From the NCBI GenBank assembly GCA_965113315.1, contig OZ220373.1: a DNA stretch of 64,000 nt; one strand, given 5' to 3'. Both the position numbers and the translations under genes were made by a program. The DNA is from Podarcis vaucheri (taxonomy: Eukaryota). Under the pieces are notes generated by a model that had not been told where the DNA came from, made no database searches, and saw only the letters and a program-made list of their open reading frames with translations. Positions 39,801 through 51,800 of this stretch are shown piece after piece. The stretch's first letter is position 1; each line of letters starts with the position of its first letter.

Positions 39801-42800
39801 GTGCCCAGAGTGTCTGCCAACAACAAATTTTAAAATATAGAGAGTGATCTGAGAGGGCTGGGGAGGCTAAAATAAATTAATACTGCTAAGTATATGTGGT
39901 GTAATGGAAGAAAGGGAACTTGATATTCTGGTCCCAGATTGCTTGGAGTTTTAAAGGTCACTATCAGCACAGTTGTACCTCGGGTTACATACGCCACGGC
40001 AGTGGGAGGCTCCATTAGCTAAAGTGTTGCTTCAGGTTAAGAACGGACCTCTGGAACGAATTAAGTACTTAACCCGAGGTACCACTGTACCTTGAATTGA
40101 GACTGGCAATAAGTGAAGCTTAGACAAATGTAAAACAATTTGATTGACTACCTGGCAGCTCATTTTGGAGCAATTGAAACTTCTACGCTAGGTTTCAGGA
40201 CAGCCCCATAAGAACATATGAATGGCCTTGCTGGAACAGACCAGTGGTTCATCTCATCCAGCATCCTGTGCTCAAAGTTACCAATCATATGCCCATGGGA
40301 AGCCCACAAGGAGAATCTGAACACAATACCACTATCTCCTACTGTGGTTTCCAGCAACTGGTATTGAGAAGTCTACTGCTTCCAGCTGTGTGGACATTGC
40401 AGCTAGCAGACACTGCTAGCTGGTCTATCAATATATAGCTGTTGATAGACCCATGCAAAGCACATCACAGCAGTCTCTTTTCTTTTTCATTATGCTCTTC
40501 TTGTATTTTTCAAAATATTGGCTTGTGCTTTAGAGGGTTCCCATTGCTATCTGTGCCAGCTGCAACTTAAAGTATAAGTTGCATTTTCCCTGAAAATTTT
40601 GACTATGGAAAAATCCTGTCGGGATCTGAATAGTCTGAAATTATTTGGTGTCCTGTCATACAGTGGTGCCTCGCAAGACGAAATTAATCCGTTCCGCGAG
40701 TCTCTTCGTCTAGCGGTTTTTTCGTCTTGCGAAGCAACCCTATTAGCGGCTTAGCAGATTAGCGCTATTAGCGGTTTAGCGGCTATTAAAGGCTTAGCGG
40801 CTATTAAAGGCTTAGCGGATTAGCGGCTTAGAAAAAGGGGGGGAGCGAAAAAAAATCGGAACACTTGCAAGATGTTTTCGTCTTGCAAAGCAAGCCCATA
40901 GGGAAAATCGTCTTGCGAAGCAGCTCAAAAATGGAAAACCCTTTCGTCTAGCGGCTTTTCTGTCTTGCGAGGCATTCGTCTTGCGGGGCACCACTATAAT
41001 TGATTTGAGTAAATTTAATTTGCATACTTAATGGTGTAAAAGCTTTGTTAAGTGTTCCCTTCAGAAGGTCTCTCTCCTCTCATACATACAATACATACAA
41101 TCAACTTGATTTATTATAGTCAACTTGGTTGACTATACAGTGGTACCTCTGGTTACAAACTTAATTCGTTCCGGACGTCCGTTCTTAACCTGAAACCGTT
41201 CTTAACCTGAGGTACCACTTTAGCTAGTGGGGCCTCCCGCTGCCGACGCGCTATTCTGTTCTCATCCTAGGGCAAAATTCTTAACCCAAGGTACTACTTC
41301 TGGGTTAGTGGAGTTTGTAACCTGAGGTGTTTGTAACCCGAGGTACCACTGTATTTCATCTTGGGAGATAAGAGAAATATATGAACTTGTTGAGGAGAAA
41401 CTTTATATCTAATATGGTTGCATTGTGCTGAATTTCTAAAAAATGTATCTTGTTTTAAAATTTACTAGGTGGTGTATTAAGCTCAAAAGCAAAGCGTGCC
41501 AAGTGTTCTACCCATAAGCAAAGAGTAATTGTGATGTTATACAACAAAATTTGTGATATTGTTAGCAGTTTGGCTGAACTGTTGGAGATACAGCTTCTTA
41601 CTGACACCACTATTCTTCAGGTAAGTTTGATCCATTTTATCCAGATTTCTCTTCCCCTTCTGTACACACACACAAGTCTAAAGTTTTTCTCCAGTGGATG
41701 TTTATTTTCTTTTACGAGCAGTAATAATGAAACTTCTTAAATTTAAGCTACTAGATTTTTAAAATTATTTTATAAGGCAACTTGGGCAGTCAGTTATAAA
41801 TATATATGATATGGAAAATATATGCATCTTTGAAGAACAATAACTACAAAATACCCAAGGAAAACAAATGTGTTTTTCTGTCTTAAATCTGAGGTGCTTT
41901 TCATCCCTCTTGTATGCTACTGCAACTAGTTTGGGAATTGGAGAACACAATTCAAAAGATGATGATCAGAGGTCTTTTTCTGTTGAAAAGATTTTATTTT
42001 CATTTATCAAGTATTATGAGAATTTATGTATATATTTCCTTTTCTGTTAATAGGTTTCTTCAATGGGGATAACACCTTTTTTTGTAGAAAATGTCAGTGA
42101 ACTTCAGTTATGCGCCATCAAACTTGTCACTGCAGTAAGCACACCTTTTAACCAATATTTAATTGTAAAGAAATGAATGACTTCTGGTGTTGTTGTTGGT
42201 TTTTTAAGGAACTTTTGTGGGGGTGGCTTTCATGAATTACTTAATCTGGTCCTGGTCATGCCCTCACCTCTAACTTTGCCTGGCAACAGGTTCTTTTCCC
42301 CACTAAACTACTTCCCACTAAGCTTTGCCTCATAAGCCAGATTGCAGCTGGTTTGTGAGAAAAGTATAACAACAACACCACCACTGATCTTTCACGCCAT
42401 TATTTACCTTAATTGTTAGAAGCAAGGAGCACTGCCGATCAAACAGCTCTATTACTGTACTTTGATAGTAGGAAAGGGTTAAGGAATTATGTTACTGAGA
42501 CCATGTCTGATGTGTCTGTGATGGGACACTAACTTGATTTGGGGCATGCTGAGAGTAGCTGAAAACCTACAAGAAGATATCTCTGAGAGAGAAATCTCAT
42601 TGCTATAGCAAATACAGATTGGGCTGATTTTTAATTTCTTTTGAAGCAATGTAGATTAGGATAGCTGCTTTAAAGCAGCTACCATATTTTCCCATGTATA
42701 ACACACCCCCATGTATAAGACGGCCCCTGTTTTGGGGGAGTCCAATGTAAGAAAATGGGGAATTGCCCAGGGTTGTTGAGCTTTTTTTGGGGGGGATGCC

Positions 42801-45800
42801 AAAAATCACTAACCCGACTGACAAACACTACAAATGGCAAGTGTCGCCAAAGCCATAAAGCGTCTGCTCGCTCGCCAACAGAAGCCGGCATTCGCACGCC
42901 CAATTGCCGCAGCGACAGCCAATCTACAGCAGCCCTTGCCACAGCCACCAATCACCCACCAAATCGCCGCTGACAAGCTCCTGCTCGTGGCTGCAACCAA
43001 TAGCCCATCTCCCCTCTGCACTATGCATGTATAAGGCGACCCCAGATTTTAAACATTATTTTAGAGTAAAAAACCTCATCTTAGTCATGAAAAAATACGT
43101 TAATTTGTCCAGCCTAATGGCTCAGTGTGTGAACAACTTGGTGAGCCTCACTAGGTTTGAAAGTTTACTTAGAAAACAATTTGAGTTGGTATTTTCAACT
43201 CTCTTAAACTAATGTTAGTAGTACCTTCTCCAAAATAATTTTAAACCATTTAATACATTTACATTAATACCACTTTTCTGGATTCATACCTCTTGGCTAT
43301 AGATATTGATTGGTAGTAGGAAAATAACTTTATGTTTTAATAAGTGTGTATGTGTGTTTGTAAAATAGTTTGTATTTTGGACAGCAAAATAAACAGGAAA
43401 TGACATACATATAATAACCATAATTAACTTTTTTCAGGTCTTCTCAAGATATGAAAAGCATAGGCAGTTGATATTAGAAGAAATTTTCACTTCACTTGCA
43501 AGGTTACCAACCAGCAAAAGAAGTCTGAGGAACTTCAGGTAATATACAGTGCTAATTTCTCTCTCCCTCTCCTCCCATCTTTTGAAGAAGTCTGGTTTTT
43601 TTAAGACATTTTATTGTTAACTGCCTGCTTCAAGGGGCATGCTAAGCCAGACTATGTCTGCATAACTGCAGGGTTGGGATTTGAATCTAAGGTGCAATTT
43701 CAGATTTTGCATACAAGGCTTGTGGCTGTTGGGAGAGTAGAAAACACATCAAATGTCAGATGAGGGAAAACTCCTACCATCCCCTACTTTTTGCTTGAAC
43801 TTTTTCATTATTTTTTTAATATGGCTTAACTGAATATTGGTTAACGAAATGCCAGTGAGATTTAGTGCACTAAGACTAGGCAAGCATCTATTCCAATCCC
43901 CACTCCACCATGAAACTCCCTGGGTGACCTGCTCCAGCTACTATTACAGCCCATCCTACATCACAGATTTGATGAGATGATAAAAGAGGGGTGGGGCATA
44001 GCATAGGATCAAGCCATGCAAAGCATGCCTCTTTGAATGCTATAAAGGAAGGGTGGGGTAACATTGCAGGAAGGAGATGTATGAGTGTGAGGCAGGAATG
44101 CTTAAATGAGGCACGAGGAAAGTTTCGCATGCAGACCAAATTAGACCCAGCAGGTCTAGTTTGGCCTACAAGGCTGTTTTCCCGATGCCATACACCTCCT
44201 GTCAATCTGTATCTACACCCAGTATTAGGTTTAGGACAGGTAAAGACATTACTGCAAACCAAAAGCCTTGAAGTGCACTCCCAATTGTTCCATAGCACTT
44301 GGGAGCTGCTGATCCCTTCTGAAGGTGTGGGTTGCTCATGGGTGGTGACTGCAGTCTCCACTGGGGTTCCTGATCCAAAGCTTTCACATGCAGTTGATGC
44401 ATGCTGAAAGTGGGACTTCAATTCAGCATCAACTCCAAGTCCTGTTTTTGTCAGGGGTCTTCCTCTACAACCTTGCTTGTATTCAAGCTGGGCTGTAGAG
44501 GGAAAAAGTTCCCGTCCCTGGCTTAAATTATGTAGCTTCAAAGTAAAGTGATACACTTCTGTTGGATCAACTTTTGTTCCAGAAATGTACTGCTCTTTGG
44601 GGGAAGCTTATTGCTTAGTTTGAATGCAAAGCCACATCTTTATTGTGGGAATAAGATTTGAGATCACTGTAATAATTGAAGCCAATTGGGAAAAAATGCC
44701 AATGTTTTCCATTGGGTTCATTTTTAACATTAGTAAAATAGGTTTGTGTTTTTCAACAGACTGAACAGCAGTGACACTGATGGTGAACCTATGTATATTC
44801 AAATGGTGACTGCACTGGTGCTACAACTAATTCAGTGTGTTGTGCATCTACCATCAGGCGAGAAGGATTCTAATTCTGAAGAGGAGTCAAATAAGAAGGT
44901 GAAAAATGCTTTAGATTTATGAAGATATATGTATTTAGCATATGTTCATATAGTTCTTACCGTTATCATTATGAATTCATGGAATGCTGGGCCAGTGATG
45001 GGTTGAGCATGGAATGTGGGGAAAGAGCAAAGGGGGAAATGTTAGTTTGTGACACTTGAAGGAGAAGTTGAAAAGGCACTGAAGAGAGAGGAAGCAAGTA
45101 AACACAATATATCAGAGAGGAAGAAAAGTGAACCTGGGCAACAGAGCAGGTAGACCGAAAGTACTGTGAGAAATGAATGTTCAACTAACTGTGTTAACTG
45201 AGGTTGAGTTATTTGATGACCCTGTTCATTGGCTGAGTGAATTATATTTTGTTTTTAAGATAATGAAGTAGCGTATTTACCGAATCTAATGCACCATTGA
45301 ATCTAATGAGCACCTCAATTTCCAGAACATTGAAACCAAAAAAAGTATTTGCTGGTGAATGTACTGTATTAGCCTGAATTTAAACCTCACTTTCCCCCCA
45401 AATTCCGACCATGAAAAGTTAAAGTGCAGCTTATATTCACAACCTTACGGTATGCAGCCAGGAGCGCAGGGCAAACAGCGCCTGCCTCGGTGTAGTCCCC
45501 CGTCCTCTCCCCCAAGGCCGGGAAGCGAGAGAGCAAGGAAGGGGAAAGGCCACCGGCAATGCAGCTCTGCCCCTGCTCAGTATTCAGCCAGGAGCAGGGA
45601 GAAAGGGAGCAGCTTATATTAGGGTATTTACTTACTTTTTCAATTCTAAAGGTGTAGCTTATATTCGGGTGTGGCTATATTCAGGCCAATATGGTAAATG
45701 TGCCATCAAATCTAATGTGCACCTTAATTTTAGTGTAATTTGTCCAAAAAAGGTGAGCGTTAGTTTCAAGTAAATATTGTTCATGTTCATTAGACTCAAA

Positions 45801-48800
45801 AATGATTGCAAGGTTGCATCTCCTTGTCCATAGTTGAGAAACATATGTATTATACTTGCAGTTGCATAAATCACAACACACATTCAGTAAGCAGGCGCTG
45901 TGTTCATTTTCAGGTGGACCAGGATGTCCTCATTACAAACTCATATGAAACAGCCATGAGAACAGCACAAAACTTCCTTTCCATTTTTCTCAAGAAGTGA
46001 GTAGAATTCAACTGTTCACCTCTTATAAGTTTTATTTCTGTGTTGCTGTCCATGCAGGGCTTTGTCTCCTTCCACTTGCTCAAGAGGCAGGGATCATGCT
46101 AAATATTACCCTAACCCCCTTATTAAGCTCCTACAATTCTATAATTCTTTCTTTCTCCCTGGAGAATATCAGGAATTATCCCACTCTACCAAAGACCTAT
46201 GGCATAAATTGGTTGTGTGCAGAGCTCTCAAAAGAGATATCAAACACACATCATTGTTCAGAAAATTTTATAACCTTTTTGTTTCCTTCCACCATCCCTG
46301 GTGAAAAAAGTATCTACTTCCACCATTGCTTAGTAGATCAAGTTTTGCATTCCTCTAGCATACAAAGCACAACACATCCCTGTTTCATTCATCATCATCG
46401 TACTTTCCATCAGGGCTGCTGTTCCCTCAGCATCCCTATCATCAAATGCTCCAATGTCAGATTTGTTGGGCAGTTATCACATCCTGGATATCTGGACAAA
46501 CAGAGAAAGGAACATTGGGACTTTCCTTCTCAAAATGTCCAGAGGCATTCAGAATCAACCCAAAACTCACATTCAATGGCTGGCATTCAGTGGCAATAAT
46601 CTATTTTCATGGACTACATGCAGACACTTCTGCATCATAAACAACCCTTCCCTCATAGTTTCTCTTTTCTTTGTCCCTCCCTCACTTCCGGATAACTCTT
46701 GACATTTATGAGCTTGTCCATGGTGAAACTGGGAGGGGCTTGTTCCGGGGAGGCAAAAATGTATGAGTGCTTTTATATTTAGTGCTCATTAACCTGGCAT
46801 CAAAAGGATGTTAAGGCATACTTCTTCTCCCAGGTGTGATTATCAGGGTTATTACTGTTATATTGTTCCACATTTATGATTCTATATATAGTGCCATAAA
46901 ATTATCACTTAAAATGTAAAAGAAAAATCTAGGATTGATTGAAAGGTGAATTCATTATGTCTTATTTTCCCCTTTTCATTGCTTTCTTCAAACAGATGTG
47001 GTAGCAAGCAAGGGGAAGAAGATTATAGGCCACTCTTTGAGAACTTTGTTCAGGATCTCCTTTCCACGGTCAACAAACCAGAATGGCCAGCTGCGGAGTT
47101 ACTACTTAGTCTATTGGGAAGACTGTTGGTAAGATGCTTGGATTTTTGAAGCAATAATTCTGCTTCACTTTTAATAATGGCTTGCTTATTTTGATGTAAG
47201 TTGTGAAAATAGTCTTATTGTACTGAATCTGCATGTTGCATGCAGTGCAATGTGCTTTGAGCCGGTGAAGACTTAATATAAGAGTGATCCTTAAATAGGA
47301 TGAGGGATGAAGAACAGGCAGTTTCACTCCTTTTCCTACCATTTCTTCTTTTAGACTTTGAATTCTTCTCCCTCCTGCTCTATTATCACTGTTCCATGTT
47401 AAGTCTCACCAGTGTTAAGCATGGTTACAGAAATGGACTCCAGATTTCAAAAGCTATGTTTGAAGTATCTATGAGTTAATGTTGGTCAACTGTAAATATA
47501 TGCTAAATGAGAAGCAGAAGAAATTTTCTTACAAATGGAGAGAGAATGGCTTTTGATCTGAAGTGGCCTGAATTATATGTGAAATGCTAAATAATGTTAC
47601 TGAACTCTTCCCATTATTGTAGGAGACGATCAAGCAATATTGTCTTGAAATGTGAGGGGAATAAAAATGAAGTTTATATATTTTTTTCTTTCATTTTCTT
47701 AGGTCCATCAATTTAGTAATAAATCTACAGAGATGGCTTTGAGGGTGGCATCACTCGACTATCTTGGTACCGTAGCAGCACGACTGCGGAAGGATGCAGT
47801 CACTAGCAAAATGGATCAAGGATCAATAGCCAGAATTTTAAAACAGGTTTGAGTGAAGCTATTTTTGATTATTTTAAGACAGGTTTCAATGTAGAGATTA
47901 GTGTCCATAAAATATTTGGAGTAACATCCCATACAAAACAATAATGAGAAAAATAGCATTGTGAGACTTCTTCTTTGTGTTACTCTCAAAAATCAAGAGT
48001 GCCTTTGACCTCTCATTTTGATTAGTTTACCCTTAAAATATAAGTTTGTGGCAGTTGCCTCTGGGAGCATCCAGCTGTTAGCTGGGGTGATGTGGGAGGT
48101 GGAGGGTGAGGGGGAAGAGACAACATTTAATTTCATGGCAAAATAAAAATTTGCTGCAGAAGGAGCAGCCCAACAGGTTTGCTGGGAGATGGTGTTTCAC
48201 ACACTTGCTACTAATTGATTGTGCGTATGATGACTTTGTTTGATACCTTTTATTTTTGTTGTGTGTTAACGTGTTGTGTGTGACATATTGATGCTCCCGG
48301 TGTGTTTTGTAATTTGTTTACTTTAAAGTGTGTTTAGATCAAATCAATCCAAGTTAGTGTGCTCTGATATTGGGAAGGGTGTGAATTTTATTTAAAATAT
48401 ATTGTGTGTTACAGGTCTCAGGAGGGGATGATGAAATCCAGCAACTGCAAAAGGCACTGTTAGATTATTTGGAAGAAAATACAGAAACTGATGCATCACT
48501 AGTGGTATGTTGTTGTTGTTGTTTAAGTGAAAGTCTGCTTAACCCTTTCAGTCTTGAAGGCCACATCAACTGTAGGCCAACCCCTTGAGGGTGGTATGCC
48601 CATGTTGGGCATGGCCAGAGTTTGCAGAAAGAAATCAAATGCACACACATGCACACCCACACACACCCTATGGTTCTGCATTGGAAAGGAAGGTCTTCTG
48701 CTTACCTTGCAAATATGCTGGCTTGTTCCCTTTTAAGCTGAGTGCTTCTGTCTTGGGAGACCATAAGCCTTTCTTCCTTAGCACACCAATTGAGGAGGTG

Positions 48801-51800
48801 GCACAAAGGCTACTGCCTTTTAAACTTTTAAACTGCAACTAAGTTAGATACACAGGCATCACAAGTTAAACATATAGAAAGGTGGTATGTATGGACATCT
48901 AAAAAGTTATGTAGAGATTGATACCAACAGTTATAAAGTTCATGTACTTGTAGCTTTCTGATATGAGGCAAAAAACTGGCAAATTGTATTACTCTAGTGT
49001 TTTTCCCTGCTGATCTTTACATGGCAGTGTTTTAGTATTACATGCAAATTGCCTCTTTTTACTATAAACTGTTTTCTGCTTCATACACACCCAGTGTTAG
49101 GAAGTTTGGGAGCTGTCCTAACTAGCTCCTTCACTAAAAAATTACCACTAAACCACTGTTCAGTATAAAAATGCTTGTTTTTCCCATTTGGCAATACTTT
49201 TTTTCTTTTTAAAGTTTGTGGGGTTGTAATATAACCTAAGAAAGAGATGACAGAACCACATTTGAATGCCTCTGTCCATGATAATACAGGACTGCTTACT
49301 TGATAGGAAGCAGAGTCAATGACAACTGTGGTATATTCCCCATAAAGGAGAAGGGCCACATCACATAGCACATGCTTTACATTCAGAAGACCCCAGGTTC
49401 AATTTGTCATTGACTCTGCTTCCTATCATGTAAGGAGTTCTGTATTATCATGGACAGAGGCACTCTGGGTAGGTGAAGAGTAGGCCCTAACACTTTTATG
49501 ATGGTCACATTTAATAAGCAGTAGAGGAACACGTTCATTTATCATAGACTCTAAAAATCAGTTTATAATTGTTTTATCATGTTTTGTAGTGTAAATAATC
49601 CAGGAGTTAAAGTGTATTTGCAAACTGAAGTAACTCTTGTACATGAAAATGACTTTGGAGTAAATTCAACTATATGCAACTCAAAATACAGTGGATAAAT
49701 TCAGCTATATGTAATTCAAAATGTAGTTGGTTTGGAATATGGAAATGCCCTGCTTCATTTCCAGTAACAAGAACTTATATCAATATATTCTAAAATACTA
49801 GTGTCTTATTTATTTAAGAAAATCTATATCCCTCCTTTCTGTTGCTGTAAAAATACTCAAGACAGCTTTCATCAATTAAAAATATACTAAATAAGCATAT
49901 CCAACAAACAGTAGAAGCAATGAAACACTTTCTGACATTGTCCTTTTTGGGACTTATTTTCCCACACACTCTCCTCCCGCACCAGTTTTCTCGGAAATTT
50001 TATATAGCACAGTGGTTTCGGGACACTACTATGGAGACTGAGAAAGCAATGAAAACTCAGAAGGATGATGATTCATCTGAAGGAACACACCATGCAAAAG
50101 AAATCGAGACAACGGGACAAATCATGCACAGAGCAGAAAGTCGCAAAAAATTTCTTCGCAACATCATTAAAACGGCACCTTCTCAGTTCAGTACATTAAG
50201 GTGAGTTCCACAGATAGTTCATTTTTATTTACTAAACAACATTTGGTGTTCATGTATTGCCATATTCTTCTGTTGATAAGCAAATGCTAAAGCAATATTC
50301 TACCCCTTCATTACAGGATGAATTCTGATACTGTGGACTATGAAGATGCTTGCTTGATTGTTCGCTACTTGGCCTCTATGAGGCCGTTTGCCCAGAGCTT
50401 CGATATTTATTTGACACAGGTAAACTGTGCCAGAAGTCTTAGTGAAATACAGTTGGCTTCCTGGTTCCAAACGCTTATGCGGTAGTGTGCAATATCTGTT
50501 CATTGTTAAGCGCAGGTATTTAATAGGTCGTGGTAACACCACATGCTTCCATAATTATGTATCAATTCCACAACATTTTTCTTTATCCTGCATGCATTTC
50601 ACACTCCTTGAACTCTTATTTCATCTGTGCATTTTTGTAACAAGAACCTTAAGTTAAAAAGGTGTCTTAAAAGGATAATGGTCCTTTGCCTACATATACT
50701 TCTTTATTTGCATTCTTGAATTTTAAGGATATTACCTCATAAAGTGTATATTCACACATCATAGTAGAGCAGCCTAATAACTCAAATTAGAAAATAGTTT
50801 TAGTAGTTTGCTTGCAGTGCATGGTACTGCCATGATGAATGTCGTAATTCAATAGCTTGATTATATTAATACTTAATAGGAATGCAAGCATGTTTGAATG
50901 GGTCACCACGTTAGGTCTCCAGAAGTACAAGTGTACTCCTACTTTGTTTAATTTTTTGGCCTTCATTGTGGTTCTTGACCAGAGTGGATTAAAAATGCAG
51001 AAAGAATAATGAATAGCTACTATGGAGGACTTGATCCAAAATTATCACAAAAAATCAAAAGAAAACACATACTTAGATGCCTCTTTAAAGAAGGCAATAT
51101 CAACAAGCAAGCAGTCATATTTTATATCACTCTGGGCACAATCCACCTAACATTGCTATTGCACAGCCTCCATTCATTTCAAGGGGCAGGCCCTCCACAA
51201 ATCCACTTACCGGGGCAAATGTCCCTCACCTAGGCTCAGTGCTGTGACCTAGATGTTCTCTTTACCTTCTCCCTGACCATATTTGATACAAGCAGCCAAG
51301 GCTTACTGTAGTGAGTTCCAATGCACTGCTGCATCTGGCCAACAGTGGTATAGACAGGATAGTCTATTTTCCTGGCCCCAAAATCATGCATCTTTGGTGA
51401 GGAGGAAGTGCTTTCTCTGTGATGGCCAATGAAAATCCTACCCTCTTACAGTTCAGCCAGCCGTAATATTCTCTGGAGTGGTCTTCAATTCACATCATTC
51501 TTGAGAAGTGTCACAGGTAATGGATGCACCTGCCCACCCCATAAGTGAATCAAGTGGGACACAGGGTGCCCCTACCCAGTCTCCTTTTGGAATAAGCTGG
51601 GCTTTGGAGCAGGCAAACACTTTCTGCTTCTGCCAGTTTCAAATGTCAGCAAGACGTAAGGCACCTCTTGCCCCCAGTCCTCCACATATGCAAATGTGCA
51701 CATGTTAAAGGATTTGAAGGAGGGGAATATTGGCTATTTCAAATAATGGCTTGGCTACTGAATTGTGGCAAAACATGTGGACCTTTCACATGGAATGAAA

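Noticed and set aside
40741-40830. Short direct repeats superficially like a CRISPR or telomeric array
   Set aside because: No unique spacers, not TTAGGG, and located inside a TA-flanked MITE in a vertebrate intron.
43888-44556. 222-aa minus ORF and overlapping 138-aa plus ORF in intron 20
   Set aside because: Overlaps a SINE remnant; no motifs; composition looks like translated noncoding DNA.
45997-46599. 200-aa + strand ORF in intron 22
   Set aside because: Its start is the GTG of the exon 22 splice donor; no recognisable domain; probably chance or ancient repeat.
49343-49403. tRNA-like segment (GGTTCAAT B-box)
   Set aside because: Incomplete and cannot form a cloverleaf; consistent with a truncated tRNA-derived SINE head.
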